Assembly (NCBI RefSeq): GCF_009914755.1
Contig: NC_060928.1
Strand: one strand, 5' to 3'
Source of the DNA: the human T2T-CHM13v2.0 reference genome, Homo sapiens
Length of the DNA: 64,000 nucleotides
Numbering within the stretch: the first letter of the stretch is position 1; every line of letters starts with the position of its first letter. A program made the position numbers and the translations under genes. Of this stretch, positions 28,450-46,854 are shown piece after piece. The notes under the pieces were generated by a model. That model saw nothing but the letters and a program-made list of their open reading frames with translations. It made no database searches and was not told the DNA's origin.

Positions 28450-28830
28450 AAAAATGAAACTATGCTGTACTGAGGGAACAATTAATCCCCAAATCTCAAT
28501 GGACTACAGCAATAAAAATATTTTATTGTTGTTGTTGTTGTTTGTTTTGTTCTGTTTTGTCTTCCCTTTTTCAAGCTATGTATCAGTCAGTGCATGCCAT
28601 CTGCCTACCAGGACCAACCTGAGGGAGCGTCTTCATCTAGAAGACTCCTAATCTTTTAGCAGAAGAAAAGAGCTGTGACAGACGACCAGCTGGCTCTTAA
28701 ATCTCTCCAAATGACACATTGACCAAAGAAAGGCAATATTAGACACTCTTGATATCAGTGGTGTATAATAGAATAACTCTTCTGGAATTAAGCAAATAGA
28801 TTTAAAAAACAATACAAATTATTACAAGGA
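28450..28830 (-). mobile_element. Old MaLR (MLT1J-like) LTR remnant
   Basis: ctatgctgtac...aatccccaaatctcaatggact...agcagaagaaaagag...ctggctcttaaa...cacattgaccaaag. Confidence 0.45.
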
Positions 28831-30892
28831 GTTAACTAAAGATGTAATTTTTTTCTTACATCGTCTACACATGAAACTCGTATCTTACAAAAACATATCT
28901 CATTATCCACCAGAGGCAAGGTTGAAGGTACATGTAAGCAGTTTTATAACCAGCTTCCAGTAGAATGATTGAAACTCAGGCTTAACACATGATACACGAA
29001 CAAAGCCAGGGTCACAGTTGGAACAATAGTCAGCTCATAACAGAGTATTTTTACATGGTGCAGAACATCCCCAGTAATATAATTTTCCCTAAATATCAAT
29101 TTATATATGAAGCAAAATCTTTTATAAAAAGTGTAGATCCTTCTCATCATTGTCATATCAATGTAATGTGACATCACCAGACTATATAATCACAAAATGT
29201 ATTTATTTTATTTGTATTGCTTGTTTCCTCGTATATTGCCTGGATTTTCTTTAGACTTAATGTTCCATTAAGGCAGGTACTATAGTAAAGGGTTCTATAC
29301 AGAGAAGAAGCTTAATAGATGCTCCCAGAATATATGAATGTCAGAAGCCTTAAATGAGCTTTGAAATAATTCAGATGATATTAGTTACTTATAATTATGT
29401 TAAACATTCATAGGTTAACTACATTGATCAGAGGTGGAAAATATGTAAAAAGATTCTGAGTCCAGTAGGATAACGTCATTGTGGACTGCAGACTCTCTTC
29501 TTATATGGTTTCATTATTGCAAGAATTTATTTGGCAGAAAAAGAAATTAGTGTCTCATGCTCTGCTTCTTAAATATATTTATAGAAGTCTTGATTTCCTT
29601 TATTGCTGCTGCTTCTTGTCGGTGGCCCCCACTTCCCATGGTGATGGTAAGTGTGGAGTGGATAATCTAAACAGCAGCCAAAAACTTAGAGAAGTCACAG
29701 ATAAATAAGTGAGTTTCCAGATCATAGGTCCTTCCAAATGTTGTTATGGGGTAGAATAGATGATGCACTGTGGATTTATAACTATAAGATTCACACACTG
29801 ACTCAGCAGGAGAAGGTCCAGGTTGGTGGTAAATGGAAGGACGTACAGCTTACATTAAGCATTTTTTAACATATACATCATTTTCTTCCCTTTGATTCTT
29901 TGTGAGCTCCATCACTCTGGTAGCTCTAACTAAACCACTTTGTAAAATGTAATTTGCAGGTGGTTGTCCTCAGTACATTAATATTATTATTATCACAGGG
30001 TGTGGTAGAAGTCACTAGTGTGACAATGATTTGCATATCTTTGCTTAGTTTTATAAAGACTTTTGTCTCTTTTTCTACTTTACCCTGGTCGCTTAAGAGG
30101 TTAAAATGTTGTAAACGTTTCCTCAGGTCTGCCTGTTTTCTCTCTTTTTTCATGATCTGTATTGTTAATTTTTGCTTTCCATGCAACTCCTTACAATCTC
30201 TAGATAATGAGTAATTTCCTCTGCATTTACTACGTTGAGTCTTTCGATTGTACTCTGCCATCTTGGTGCCCTTCCATCATTCTGTACCATAGCCTCTATC
30301 CTCTGCATTCATTCTTCGACAACATCTAATGTCCAATATTTGCTACTAATTTGGTATGCCTCACGTAGCTTTTTGTTGTTGTTAATTACCTCCTTTAAAA
30401 AGAGAGACAATTAGTATTTTTTCTCTGACTATTTTTAAAAGGCTAATACTATTCATTATTTTTTAAAAGCATTGATCACCTTCCAGGCAGCGTGTCGTTC
30501 TTGTAGTTACAGGTCTGCATGGTCCATCTATCTATTTTGTAACATGGTCATTTGGAAGAACCCATTGTCTGAAAAAGGATTATTTTCTTGATGCTTCATA
30601 TTAGATTTTGGCTGCAGCTTAGATAATCCTCTCTGCCTTTATTCTGAAAATTAGTTGTAAAATCCCAAGACCCCCAATTTCTTCCTCCAAAGGGCAAAGG
30701 TCTCTTTATCAGATCCAAAGCCAGTGTCTTTTGACCATAGTAAGTGGCTTTGATCTAATTATTTGCCGCATTGTTATGTGTCATAATTCACTTCCATTTT
30801 AAAATTTATTAATATTTGGTCAATCACCTCTAAATATAAGTATTCTCACCATTAAACTTCTACCAGATTCTCTGTTTTGAAATAAGTATCCA

Positions 30893-32752
<1,860 letters not shown>

Positions 32753-32799
32753 TGTAAACTAAGGAACAAATAAGGCAAATTTGTCTCCTCCCTTGAGTT

Positions 32800-33045
32800 T
32801 AAAATTTATTTATATGGATATCATAAAATAGGAAAAATATATAAATATATAAATATACACATATGTGGGTAAATGTATGAATATATATACACATATGTAC
32901 ATGTATACCTCTATTTATATAGACATATATATGTAAATATATGCAAATATTTAAATTTATATTTAAATATTTAATATATAAATATTTGTATATTAAATAT
33001 TTATATATTATTAACATATATATTTACATATATATGTATATATAC
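32800..33045. repeat. (TA)-rich low-complexity repeat
   Basis: Degenerate atat/aaatat runs. Confidence 0.9.
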
Positions 33046-33054
33046 AGAGAATGG

Positions 33055-33356
33055 TATTAGGTCGGTGCAAACGTAATTGTGGTTTCTGCTGTTACAGTAT
33101 ATAAAAATGCTCAACTTCACTAAATATCAGGGAAATGAAAATCCAAACCATAATAACATTTCACCTCATTCCTGTTAGGATGGCTGCTATCAAAGATAAC
33201 AAGTGTTGACAAGGATGTGGAGAAAGTGAACCCTGGAACACTCTTGATGAGGATGTAAACTGGTACGGCCATTATGAAAAATTGTAGGGAGTTTCTTCAA
33301 AAAATAAAAATAGAGCTATCACATGATGCCACAATTACATTTGCACCAACCTAATA
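33055..33356. mobile_element. Composite MADE1: left arm 33057-33095, ~233-bp captured L1MA fragment 33096-33328, right arm 33329-33354, TA on both sides
   Basis: TA-ttaggtcggtgcaaacgtaattgtggtttctgctgttac | agtatataaaaatgctcaac...agagctatcacatgatg | ccacaattacatttgcaccaacctaa-TA. Confidence 0.92.
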
Positions 33357-33630
33357 GAATACTTTTCTTTTTTTTTTTCCTGCTCCTTAATTTTTTATTT
33401 TATTTTATTTTATTTTATTTTTATAAATTATACTTTCAGTTTTAGGGTACATGTGCACATTGTGCAGGTTAGTTACATATGTATACATGTGCCATGCTGG
33501 TGCGCTGCACCCACTAACTCGTCATCTAGCATTAGGTATATCTCCCAATGCTATCCCTCCCCCCTCCCCCACCCCACCACAGTCCCCAGAGTGTGATATT
33601 CCCCTTCCTGTGTCCATGTGATCTCATTGT

Positions 33631-37471
<3,841 letters not shown>

Positions 37472-37507
37472 TTAGTTGATGCAGTTTCTTCCTTGTCTTG
37501 ATGGTCT

Positions 37508-38524
37508 TTACATTTTGGCATGATTTTGCAGTGGCTGGTACTGGTTGTTCCTTTCCATGTTTAGCGCTTCCATAAGGAGCTCGTTTAGGGCAGGCCTGGT
37601 GGTGACAAAATCTCTCAGCATTTGCTTGTCTGTAAAGTATTTTATTTCTCCTTCACTTATGAAGCTTAGTTTGGCTGGATATGAAATTCTGGGTTGAAAA
37701 TTCTTTTCTTTAAGAATGTTGAATATTGGCCCCCACTCTCTTATGGTTTGTAGGGTTTCTGCTGAGACATCTGCTGTTAGTCTGATGGGCTTCCCTTTGA
37801 GGGTAACCCGACCTTTCTCTCTGGCTGCCCTTAACATTTTTTCCTTCATTTCAACTTTGGTGAATCTGACAAATATGTGTCTTGGAGTTGCTCTTCTCGA
37901 GGAGTATCTTTGTGGCGTTCTCTGTATTTCCTGAATCTGAACGTTGGCCTGCCTTGCTAGATTGGGGAAGTTCTCCTGGATAATATCCTGCAGAGTGTTT
38001 TCCAACTTGGTTCCATTCTCCCCATCACGTTCAGGTACACCAATCAGACATAGATTTGGTCTTTTCACATAGTCCCATATTTCTTGGAGGCTTTGCTCAT
38101 TTCTTTTTATTCTTTTTTCTCTAAACTTCCCTTCTCACTTCATTTCATTCATTTCATCTTCCATTGCTGATACCCTTTCTTCCAGGTGATCGCATTGGCT
38201 ACTGAGGCTTCTGCATTCTTCACGTAGTTCTCGAGCCTTGGTTTTCAGCTCCATCAGCTCCTTTAAGCACTTCTCTGTATTGGTTATTCTAGTTATACAT
38301 TCTTCTAAATTTTTTTCAAAGTTTTCATCTTCTTTGCCTTTGGTTTGAATGTCCTCCCGTAGCTCGGAGTAATTTGATCGTCTGAAGCCTTCTTCTCTCA
38401 GCTCGTCAAAGTCATTCTCCATCCAGCTTTGTTCCGTTGCTGGTGAGGAACTGCATTCCTTTGGAGGAGGAGAGGCGCTCTGCGTTTTAGAGTTTCCAGT
38501 TTTTCTGTTCTGTTTTTTCCCCAT
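37508..38524 (-). pseudogene. ORF1: L1 ORF1 (RNA-binding protein) with an in-frame nonsense codon
   Basis: MGKKQNRKTGNSK...QNHAKM spans 1017 nt (338 codons plus stop) in one frame. There is a premature TGA at 38135-38137 (codon 130, CGA>TGA-type). Confidence 0.96.
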
Positions 38525-39431
38525 CTTTGTGGTTTTATCTACTTTTGTTTCTTTGATGATGGTGATGTACAGATGGGTTTTTGGTGTGGATGTCCTTTCT
38601 GTTTGTTAGTTTTCCTTCTAACAGACAGGACCCTCAGCTGCAGGTCTGTTGGAATACCCTGCCGTGTGAGGTGTCAGTGTGCTCCTGCTGGGGGGGTGCC
38701 TCCCAGTTAGGCTACTCGGGGGTCAGGGGTCAGGGACCCACTTGAGGAGGCAGTCTGTCCGTTCTCAGATCTCCAGCTGCATGCTGGGAGAACCACTGCT
38801 CTCTTCAAAGCTGTCAGACAGGGACATTTAAGTCTGCAGAGGTTACTGCTGTCTTTTTGTTTGTCTGTGCCCTGGCCCCAGAGGTGGAGCCTACAGAGGC
38901 AGGCAGGCCTCCTTGAGCTGTGGTGGGCTCCACCCAGTTCCAGCTTCCCGCTGCTTTGTTTACCTAATCAAGCCTGGGCAATGGCGGGCGCCCCTCCCCC
39001 AGCCTCGCTGCTGCCTTGCAGTTTGATCTCAGACTGCTGTGCTAGCAATCAGCGAGACTCTGTGGGCGTAGGACCCTCCGAGCCAGGTGCGGGATATAAT
39101 CTCGTGGTGCGCTGGTTTTTAAGCCGGTCCAAAAAGCACAATATTCGGGTGGGAGTGACCCGATTTTCCAGGTGTGTCCATCACCCCTGTCTTTGACTCG
39201 GAAAGGGAACTCCCTGAACCCTGGCGCTTCCCGAGTGAGGCAATGCCTCACCCTGCTTCGGCTTGCGCACGGTGGGTGCACCCACTGACCTGCGCCCACT
39301 GTCTGGCACTCCCTAGTGAGATGAACCCGGTACCTCAGATGGAAATGCAGAAATCACCCGTCTTCTGCGTCGCTCACGCTGGGAGCTGTAGAACGGAGCT
39401 GTTCCTATTCGGCCATCTTGGCTCCTCCCCC
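38525..39431. promoter_or_regulatory. L1 5' UTR with sense and antisense promoters, CpG-rich
   Basis: Intact YY1 motif AAGATGGCCG at the 5' end (ggccatcttg 39411-39420). It is the main CpG-rich block in the window outside the Alus. Confidence 0.85.
38981..39196 (+). CDS. ORF0: L1 antisense ORF0, intact 71 aa
   Basis: gcaATGg Kozak context; MAGAPPPASLLPCSLISDCCASNQRDSVGVGPSEPGAGYNLVVRWFLSRSKKHNIRVGVTRFSRCVHHPCL*; 216 nt. Expression is unknown. Confidence 0.75.
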   Translation: MAGAPPPASLLPCSLISDCCASNQRDSVGVGPSEPGAGYNLVVRWFLSRSKKHNIRVGVTRFSRCVHHPCL

Positions 39432-40818
39432 AGAATACTTTTCTTAGAGAAGAGATGCTGCTTTGTCCCTTAAAACTTAGTATAGTATATGATTCTTGAA
39501 GTAAGGACCATGTCTTATTCCTCATTATAATTTCTTAACACATTCCTCAAAGCTCACTCTAGGAACTTTACATAGAGAAGGTAGTTTAAAAATACTTTAG
39601 GAAACATACACCTCTAAAAGTTACCTAACCTAAAGATTACTCAGACACACTTTGCCTTGTGTAGAATATTTGAAATATATTAAGAGGAGAATATTCTCTT
39701 CCAATAACATTTCTCATTATCTTTAGTTTACACCTTCTGACTCAATTGTTTATGAAGAGGAACTCACTGAGAAAACCTAAAGCTTTCAGCAGAATTATTT
39801 TGAATTAATCATCAAACTAATATAACTTCTGGAAAAAATAATTTCTAAAGTCGAGTTTAATGCTACTCTTCATTAATGGTTACAAATTTTTTTTTAAGGA
39901 AAACAAAGTAGAAAACATAGTAAAAGTCTTGTGAAGTTTTCAACTGTTTTTGTTTTATTTCTGTTTTCATCTGTCCCTAAGACGTGGACAAAGTAATGTT
40001 TACAAGTAGTTTATAATTTTCTAATTCTTAGGTTTGCTTCTTTTGTTATTTTCAAAATATACTAAGTAGAATATTGGTTGTTTGCTACACTCCTGATGTA
40101 CATATAAAAAATAAAATAATTAATGAGTATTACCTGGGTATTTTCTATGATTGGAGTCTGCTTTGTCGTGTTATATTTTACAGTGAACTTAATACAAGTC
40201 TACATAAGTTAATATTGGAGCCTATTCATCAATAACCCCGTCACAGACCCTGTGTAATTTCTACTCATTGCTATATTATGGGCAAAGATTTTCTAATATA
40301 GTTATATAATCATGATTGTAGAAAAAAACCACAGAAGTTTTTTTTTTTGGTTGTTTATCTTTAATTAGTGTGTCTGAAAAATTATATCTATTGCATGAGG
40401 TATGAATTTTATACAACCGTTAATACCGTGATGGAATAGGTCACTCAATAACATTAATTAAATTAGTACAAAAGAAATCTTTTGGGGTTTATCTTTTATT
40501 AGAAATTTAAAAATATATATTCGTTGAGATTATTTTATGTAAGTAACACCTATCATATACCTAAATGCTACAATTTGAAAGTAGAAAAGAGCTATCAGAA
40601 TAGGTTTAAGGAATATTCAATGATTCTAAGCAATATGTTTTTGAGACCTGTTATGTCATGTTAATATGATAAATATGCAAAGTTGTTACATTAGCATCAC
40701 ATACTTTCTATATCCCCCTAATAATGTCATTTTTTTAACTCCCTTTATAACGGGTCTTACACCCTCTATTATCAATAAAAGTTAATGAAAATTCATAATA
40801 CTACCCATTTGGGGAGTA

Positions 40819-41143
40819 CAATTGGCTCTCCATATTCTTGGGTTCTTTATCCATTGATTCAACCAATTGCAGTTAGAAAATATTCAGAAAAAAATCGCTG
40901 AACATGTACAGACATTTTTCATTATTATTTTCTAAACAGCATAGTATAACAACTATTATATAGAATTTACATTGTACTAGGTATTATAAGTAATTTAGAG
41001 ATGATTTAAAGTATAAAAGAGGATGTTCATAGGTTATATCCAAATATTAACAGTGTTCTATATAAAGGATTTGAACTTTCATGGATTTTGGTATCCATGG
41101 GAGGTCCTGGATGGTATTCCTCATGGATACTGAGGAATGACTG
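40819..41143 (-). mobile_element. MER2 (Tigger-family MITE)
   Basis: tttacattgtactaggtattataagtaatttagagatgatttaaagtata...ggattttggtatcc...ggatactgaggaatgactg, flanked by TA. Confidence 0.9.
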
Positions 41144-42895
41144 TATATTATTTTGGTAGGAATCTATGATAAAAAATTTAGCCATTATTCATCTGGCAGG
41201 TGAGCATATGGATAAACCTTGAATCTCAGGAAATAGTGTTTATTCACTTTAGTGGTAAATATTGATATCTCTGATTTTAGAGGTTCCATGATAAAATGTA
41301 TTCTGAATTGAAAATAAGATCTTATTGAAGTTTGGTCACTCTATTTTATATTAGACCTCTAGTGCATTCTAACTTACCGGTTGAAAATATTGTATAGTTG
41401 AATTTCTCTTTTCCTATTGCATTTATACTGAAGTCTCAACTACTAAAAGATGTCACATCTGAAAAGCATGATTTTAAAATTTGTATGTTTTCTAGGACAA
41501 AACTATATCCAGTTTCAGTAAAATCGTCCTAAAGTCAAACACCAGAGTGAATTTAAATCATAGTTATTACTCCTGGAAAATCAAGTATTAAAATGTGCAA
41601 ACAACAGAATCGCTTTCAAATTGTAAATGAAACCAGCCAACCAAAACTGTTCTTAAAATTTTCTAACCTAAAGAATTTGATATCACTGCCTCAGGGTAAT
41701 ATATTCAGTGCCTGTAGTATACATTGTTGGTTAAAGTAAGCTGGGCTCTAAGTCACTTTTTGCCTAAGGCTGACCTAGTAGTGCTTCTGGCATTTTATAT
41801 TTGTTTGTTTTTTGAAAATACTTCACTGGTTCTTATTTAGAAAATGTTAATACACTTTCTTATAGCAATGTAAACAAAGAGACAGAGCTTAGAAATCTAC
41901 ATAAATTAAGTATGCTTTTTTGTATGTCTGTCTTTTACTATATCAAGTCAACATAGTTGGACACAACTTCAATAAATTAAAGCTTATGTTAGAAATTGAG
42001 TAAAGTTGTGCCACTCAAGGTAGCTGCTCTTTGAACTATCTGTTATTGGTCCAGGATGAGATAAGAAGCTTGAGAGAGAAAGTAAATAATACTTAATTTT
42101 TTGAGAATGTCTTGCTATAAAGAAAAGCAAAAGTCAGCTGAAATAAATAGCATGTTTAGTCACAAAGTGCTTTACATTCTTGCACGAGCTCTTTATCTCC
42201 TTGCAATTCACAATAAACGTTCCACAGACCATCATGGATTAGCAGATCTTATTTTTTTTGTTACGCTTCTCTAAAGGAAGCGCAGATATTAGCAGTTAAA
42301 CCTCTAAAAGAGCTAGGGTTGAGATCAAATAACATTTTATTTTATTTCCAATGAGGATAGACTATGCAATTTATTAAGACACGTGGAGAGAAAAAACAAA
42401 CATTAATTTTGAATATGGATTCAAATTTTTAAAAATTGTACATCATCAACCCAAATTATAGATGTTGGCCAATTCTATACAATGCACCCAAAGACAAATT
42501 GAACAGCAATTAATTTATTTACTAATGCTGATTATTATTCTGCCTAGCAATGCAGAGAAGGCTAATTTTAAAGAAATTCATAGAATAATTTTGAGTAATA
42601 CATACTTAAGATTGATTAACTTCTATAGTTATATACTTATATGGAGAACTAGATTTTTTTTTAAATGGGCCAAATTTACATTAAATATAAATTCTATGTC
42701 TATCTTGAAAATAAAATTAATCTTCTTTGTGCTTCTTTGGAACATTTTTAGGAATCAGCCTGTTAAATTCTTTTTCAAAGATGAAGATTTTGCTCTGTAT
42801 TTCACACAAGTTTCATTCCCCTAAAAATTCCAAAAATTATATTTATTAAAATTAGATCTACTTAAAAATAATATAGCACAGTGAAATTGACAAAC

Positions 42896-42896
<1 letters not shown>

Positions 42897-42929
<33 letters not shown>
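42897..42929. repeat. (CA)n microsatellite
   Basis: About 16 perfect AC units. Confidence 0.98.
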
Positions 42930-42931
<2 letters not shown>

Positions 42932-43369
42932 TATCCTCTGTGTAGGCCAAGGGCAAGAATTACTAGAACAATGAAATAGGTTTACTCCACAATTAAATGT
43001 TATTGAAATTTCAACTAACAAACAAAAAGTACACATCAAAATGGCCTGATTTTTCAGACTCCACTAAAAAAATCCCCTGGGATATATTTAAAGATAAAGA
43101 TTAGAACAAATTCTACTGATATTTAGAAAATTCATAATTTAAGGATTAAATAAATATTTATAGTGTTTATAATATTCAATCTTTCCTTCAAAATGTGTCT
43201 CTAAGCACATAATTCTGTCTTCTGTAGATAAATTTCATAATTAAGTGCACAAATACATAAATGTAGTTACATAATACATATTATATACACATATTATTTT
43301 ATAGTTTATTTTAGTAGCTATGTATTTAGTATACATTTTTGTTTTTATTCTTCTTTGTCTTTTTGTTTA

Positions 43370-44720
43370 TTTTAACTATGTCTCTTCTAGACAATACATT
43401 TTGGGATCTCATTTTGTTGTATATCTGAGGATTTCTGTCTTTTAGTTACTGTGTTTAACTCATGGCTATTGTAATTAATATTTTGTTAAAACTTTTCTGC
43501 CATATTTATTTAGTATTTTTAAAGTATTTTATTTAGTTCTATTTATTTATTATTGTTTGTTTTTGATTTTATCTTTTCCATTGGCTAAATCATGTTTTCT
43601 TCCACTCTTGTTATGTTAATTGCCCTCCTTTAAGACTCAAGCCTGTATGTATCGACTCTATTGGTACCTTATACTTACCAATATTTACATCTTTCCTACT
43701 ACAAACAAATACTTTTGCACAATTTTAAGTACTTTTTCTTCCAGGCCTCTCCACACATCATGTAGATATTTTCTGGAATTTTAGTTCTGGGTTATTATTA
43801 ATATAACTCATATTTTCCTTTGCCCAAGCCTTTTTATGAGCAACAATAATAAATTCTACCATAATGGTTTTCCAGCCTTACTTTAAGCAAGCCTCACTGC
43901 AACTTTATGTTTATTGTATTGTCTGAGTACTCTTTAAAAATTGTCTTTAACATGTATCTCCATGACAACTATCTCAAGACCTGAAATGCTTTGCTGGATT
44001 TTTATTAGGCCCTCTAATTTAATTAGTAGTTAGGCTTGATATGAAATATCTAGTTTCAAATACATTTTGGTCTGTGCTTAAAACTGTGCCCCCCCCAACA
44101 CACATATATACACTCAGCTGTGTTTTTATATGTGCTGTAGTTGCTGAGAAATTTGTTGTCTGTATAATTCTCTCACATTATCAGGTAACCTGCTCTTTCT
44201 CTTGGGCAATATTTATGGTTGTCTCTTTGTCTTTAATATTCTTAAAACTTGCCATCATATATGTGAGTTTTTTTTAAGCCCTCATAGGCATGCTTTCAAT
44301 CAGTTGTCTTTCTTCTTCCTTTAATTTTCTAAAACTTATCTTCAATATTTATTTCAATATTTTCTCTTCCTTCTTTAATTTTTTCTTTTTCTGCTGCCTT
44401 TTAACAAAGGTAATTAATCTATTTTTTTCAATTCACTTGTTCATTTTACAGCTATATTCCCCTAATTATGCAATAATCATTATTTATTTCAATAATTTTA
44501 ATGTATTACTTAATTAAAATTGATATCTTTCTTTTTCTCTCTCTGTACACACGCACATATGGGTGGGTAAAGATATAAATATATATTTACTTTTTATTTT
44601 ATGATAATTTTAAGTTATTTTTCTGGCTGCTTCAATAATATCATTTTAATTTTTATGTAGAACCTCTTGTCTTTAAAAAATCTATTTTTCATGTGCAGTT
44701 ATTTTTACTATGAGTTTATT
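43370..44720 (-). mobile_element. Decayed old L1 fragments
   Basis: tgtctcttctagacaataca...atctgaggatttctgtctttt; gttgctgagaaatttgttgtctg; T-rich antisense L1 composition. Confidence 0.5.
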
Positions 44721-46854
44721 TTCTCGATGAAATTATATAAGAGACTATTAGCAGCTGCATAGTCAATGTATGCTAGGGCTTCCTTGGGAAAAATAAAATA
44801 TAAAATATTGATAGTTTAATGTAATAAAGTTTTGCTTCTCATTCTAGTCAAAACTTATTACATACTGAATAGCTTCTTTCCATCCTGTATCTATAGTGTC
44901 TGAAAAGCTTAACTATTTCTTATCACAAAGACATGAAGTGTTAGTCAGGGTCCGCCAGAGAAACAGTAAATGAGAAATGGAAGATATTCTTTAGGGCCAA
45001 GTCTGGGAGTGACTATCAAATTATCTGTTCAAATCTTTGTCTAGAACTCAACCATGTCTCTGCACTGAACTGCAGAGAAGGCAGTATATATCTCTGGGTA
45101 CACATATCTCTATGCAATGGATGCTCCAACTAGTATTTTGCATCAGTAACAGACTGAAGTCCCATCACCACTTCATGAAAGACCTGGAGAATTTAATGAG
45201 AAGGCTACCAATGAGGTTGATAATTCAGGATTGCCATTTCTTCAGAACAAATATGGATCACTCCCACTCCCACTTGATAGTACTCAATGAGGCAAATCTT
45301 ATGATCAAGATTTCACTTTTTAAATCCTCATAGAGAAGCATCATTGGGAGAAAGCAATTTTCATAATTTATCATCCATCAGCCCTGGGTATTCGGAAGGA
45401 AAATATGAAGCAGTAACTCCTTAGAGGTCTGATTTCTCCACTGAGTCTTCATCAAGTCCTTACCCTTCAGGGCTTTGGCACAACCCTCATATCCTCTTGT
45501 CATTTGGTCTAATTTCTGCAGTGAAGTGTCAGTTAAAAACTGTTGCAAAAGCAGAAATAGAACTTAAGACACATCAGCCCAAGACAGCTTTGTGTTCCCA
45601 GAGGTTTCTTATTTTTTCTTTGTTTTTTTGTTTGTATCTGAATTATATTTTTCTTTCTCACTTGTGAAGTCTCTCCAGAATTGATTTTGGAGTAGGGGTC
45701 TAGAAGCTAAAGCTAAGTCATCATCCTGGCAGAAACTATAAATTCAAAACACTATGTCTTTATGCCAGTTATCGATTTTTATTAGCTGACATATCCCAAC
45801 AAAAATAATACAACTAAATGTGCTTTATCAAACATTTAAAAAAGATAAAATATATATATATATATATATATATTTCTTATTTTGTAACAAATATGACATA
45901 GGGTAAATTGGTCAAATATCAAGTTATTAAAATTACATCTGGTGTTTTTAATAAATATTGTCAAATATTTTCATTTAAATGCAGTTTTGAAAGGAATATA
46001 CTTCTCCAAGGACTACTTTTTCTTCTGTTTTTCTTAATGTTGACAACTGATTAAATGTTTAGCAAGATTATGAATCTTAGAATGAGAAATGATTAATAGG
46101 TATAGATTTAAATTATTATGTTCTATTAAAAATGATTTAGTCCTTGATGAACATCTGTTTGGTAATATGTTGTATCTAGATATAGTAAATTAGTGACATA
46201 TATAAAATTATAGGGAAATGACACCTTCAGTTTCATTATGAGGAGAGTTTTTAAAATGCTATTAGTCTCAACCTGTCACCTTATCATTATATAGCATTAT
46301 GTAGCACTTAAAAGATGTATACCCTTTATTTTGAAGTTCTTTAGAAATTTAAAATATTACTCTTTATGGTTTCTGGTTCTGCATTTCTTTATTGCTAATA
46401 AGAACACATCCATATGCTTTGATTCAAGCAGGTACTAAAATTTGGTTATTTGGAATAATGATGTTTACTCTCATCTTCTCACCCTTAGCAGGTGTCCTAA
46501 TTTTAGTACACTTCAGTGATATGATTTCACACTTATTAAAAACATTTATTAAAATTACTGGTGATATTTCAAATTGCTGAACAAAATTCTTATTTTCTTA
46601 AATTTTCTACAAAATATGAGCTTTAAAGTTTCTTTTTTTTGAGGGCGTTATTTTAGGGTCTTCAGAGAGAATCTAGCAGTGTGGAAATCTATACTTTTTG
46701 AATAATTATTATTTGGTAATTCATGTGATTGTTTCTTTAAGGTTCATGTATTTTGTCTGTTACATGTTATTTAATATTTTGAAAGCAAACTTAAATTATC
46801 ATTCACAAAATTTTTTTTTTGAGGAAAGAAGGCAAAATGACATAAAATTGTGCA

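Noticed and set aside
33096-33328. Ordinary L1 retrotransposition into MADE1
   Set aside because: There is no 3' UTR, poly(A) or TSD, MADE1 central bases are lost, and the fragment matches the local L1MA copy specifically.
42462-42824. 120-aa plus-strand ORF (similarly 8717-9094)
   Set aside because: AT-rich composition with I/L/F/N bias and no motif; expected by chance.
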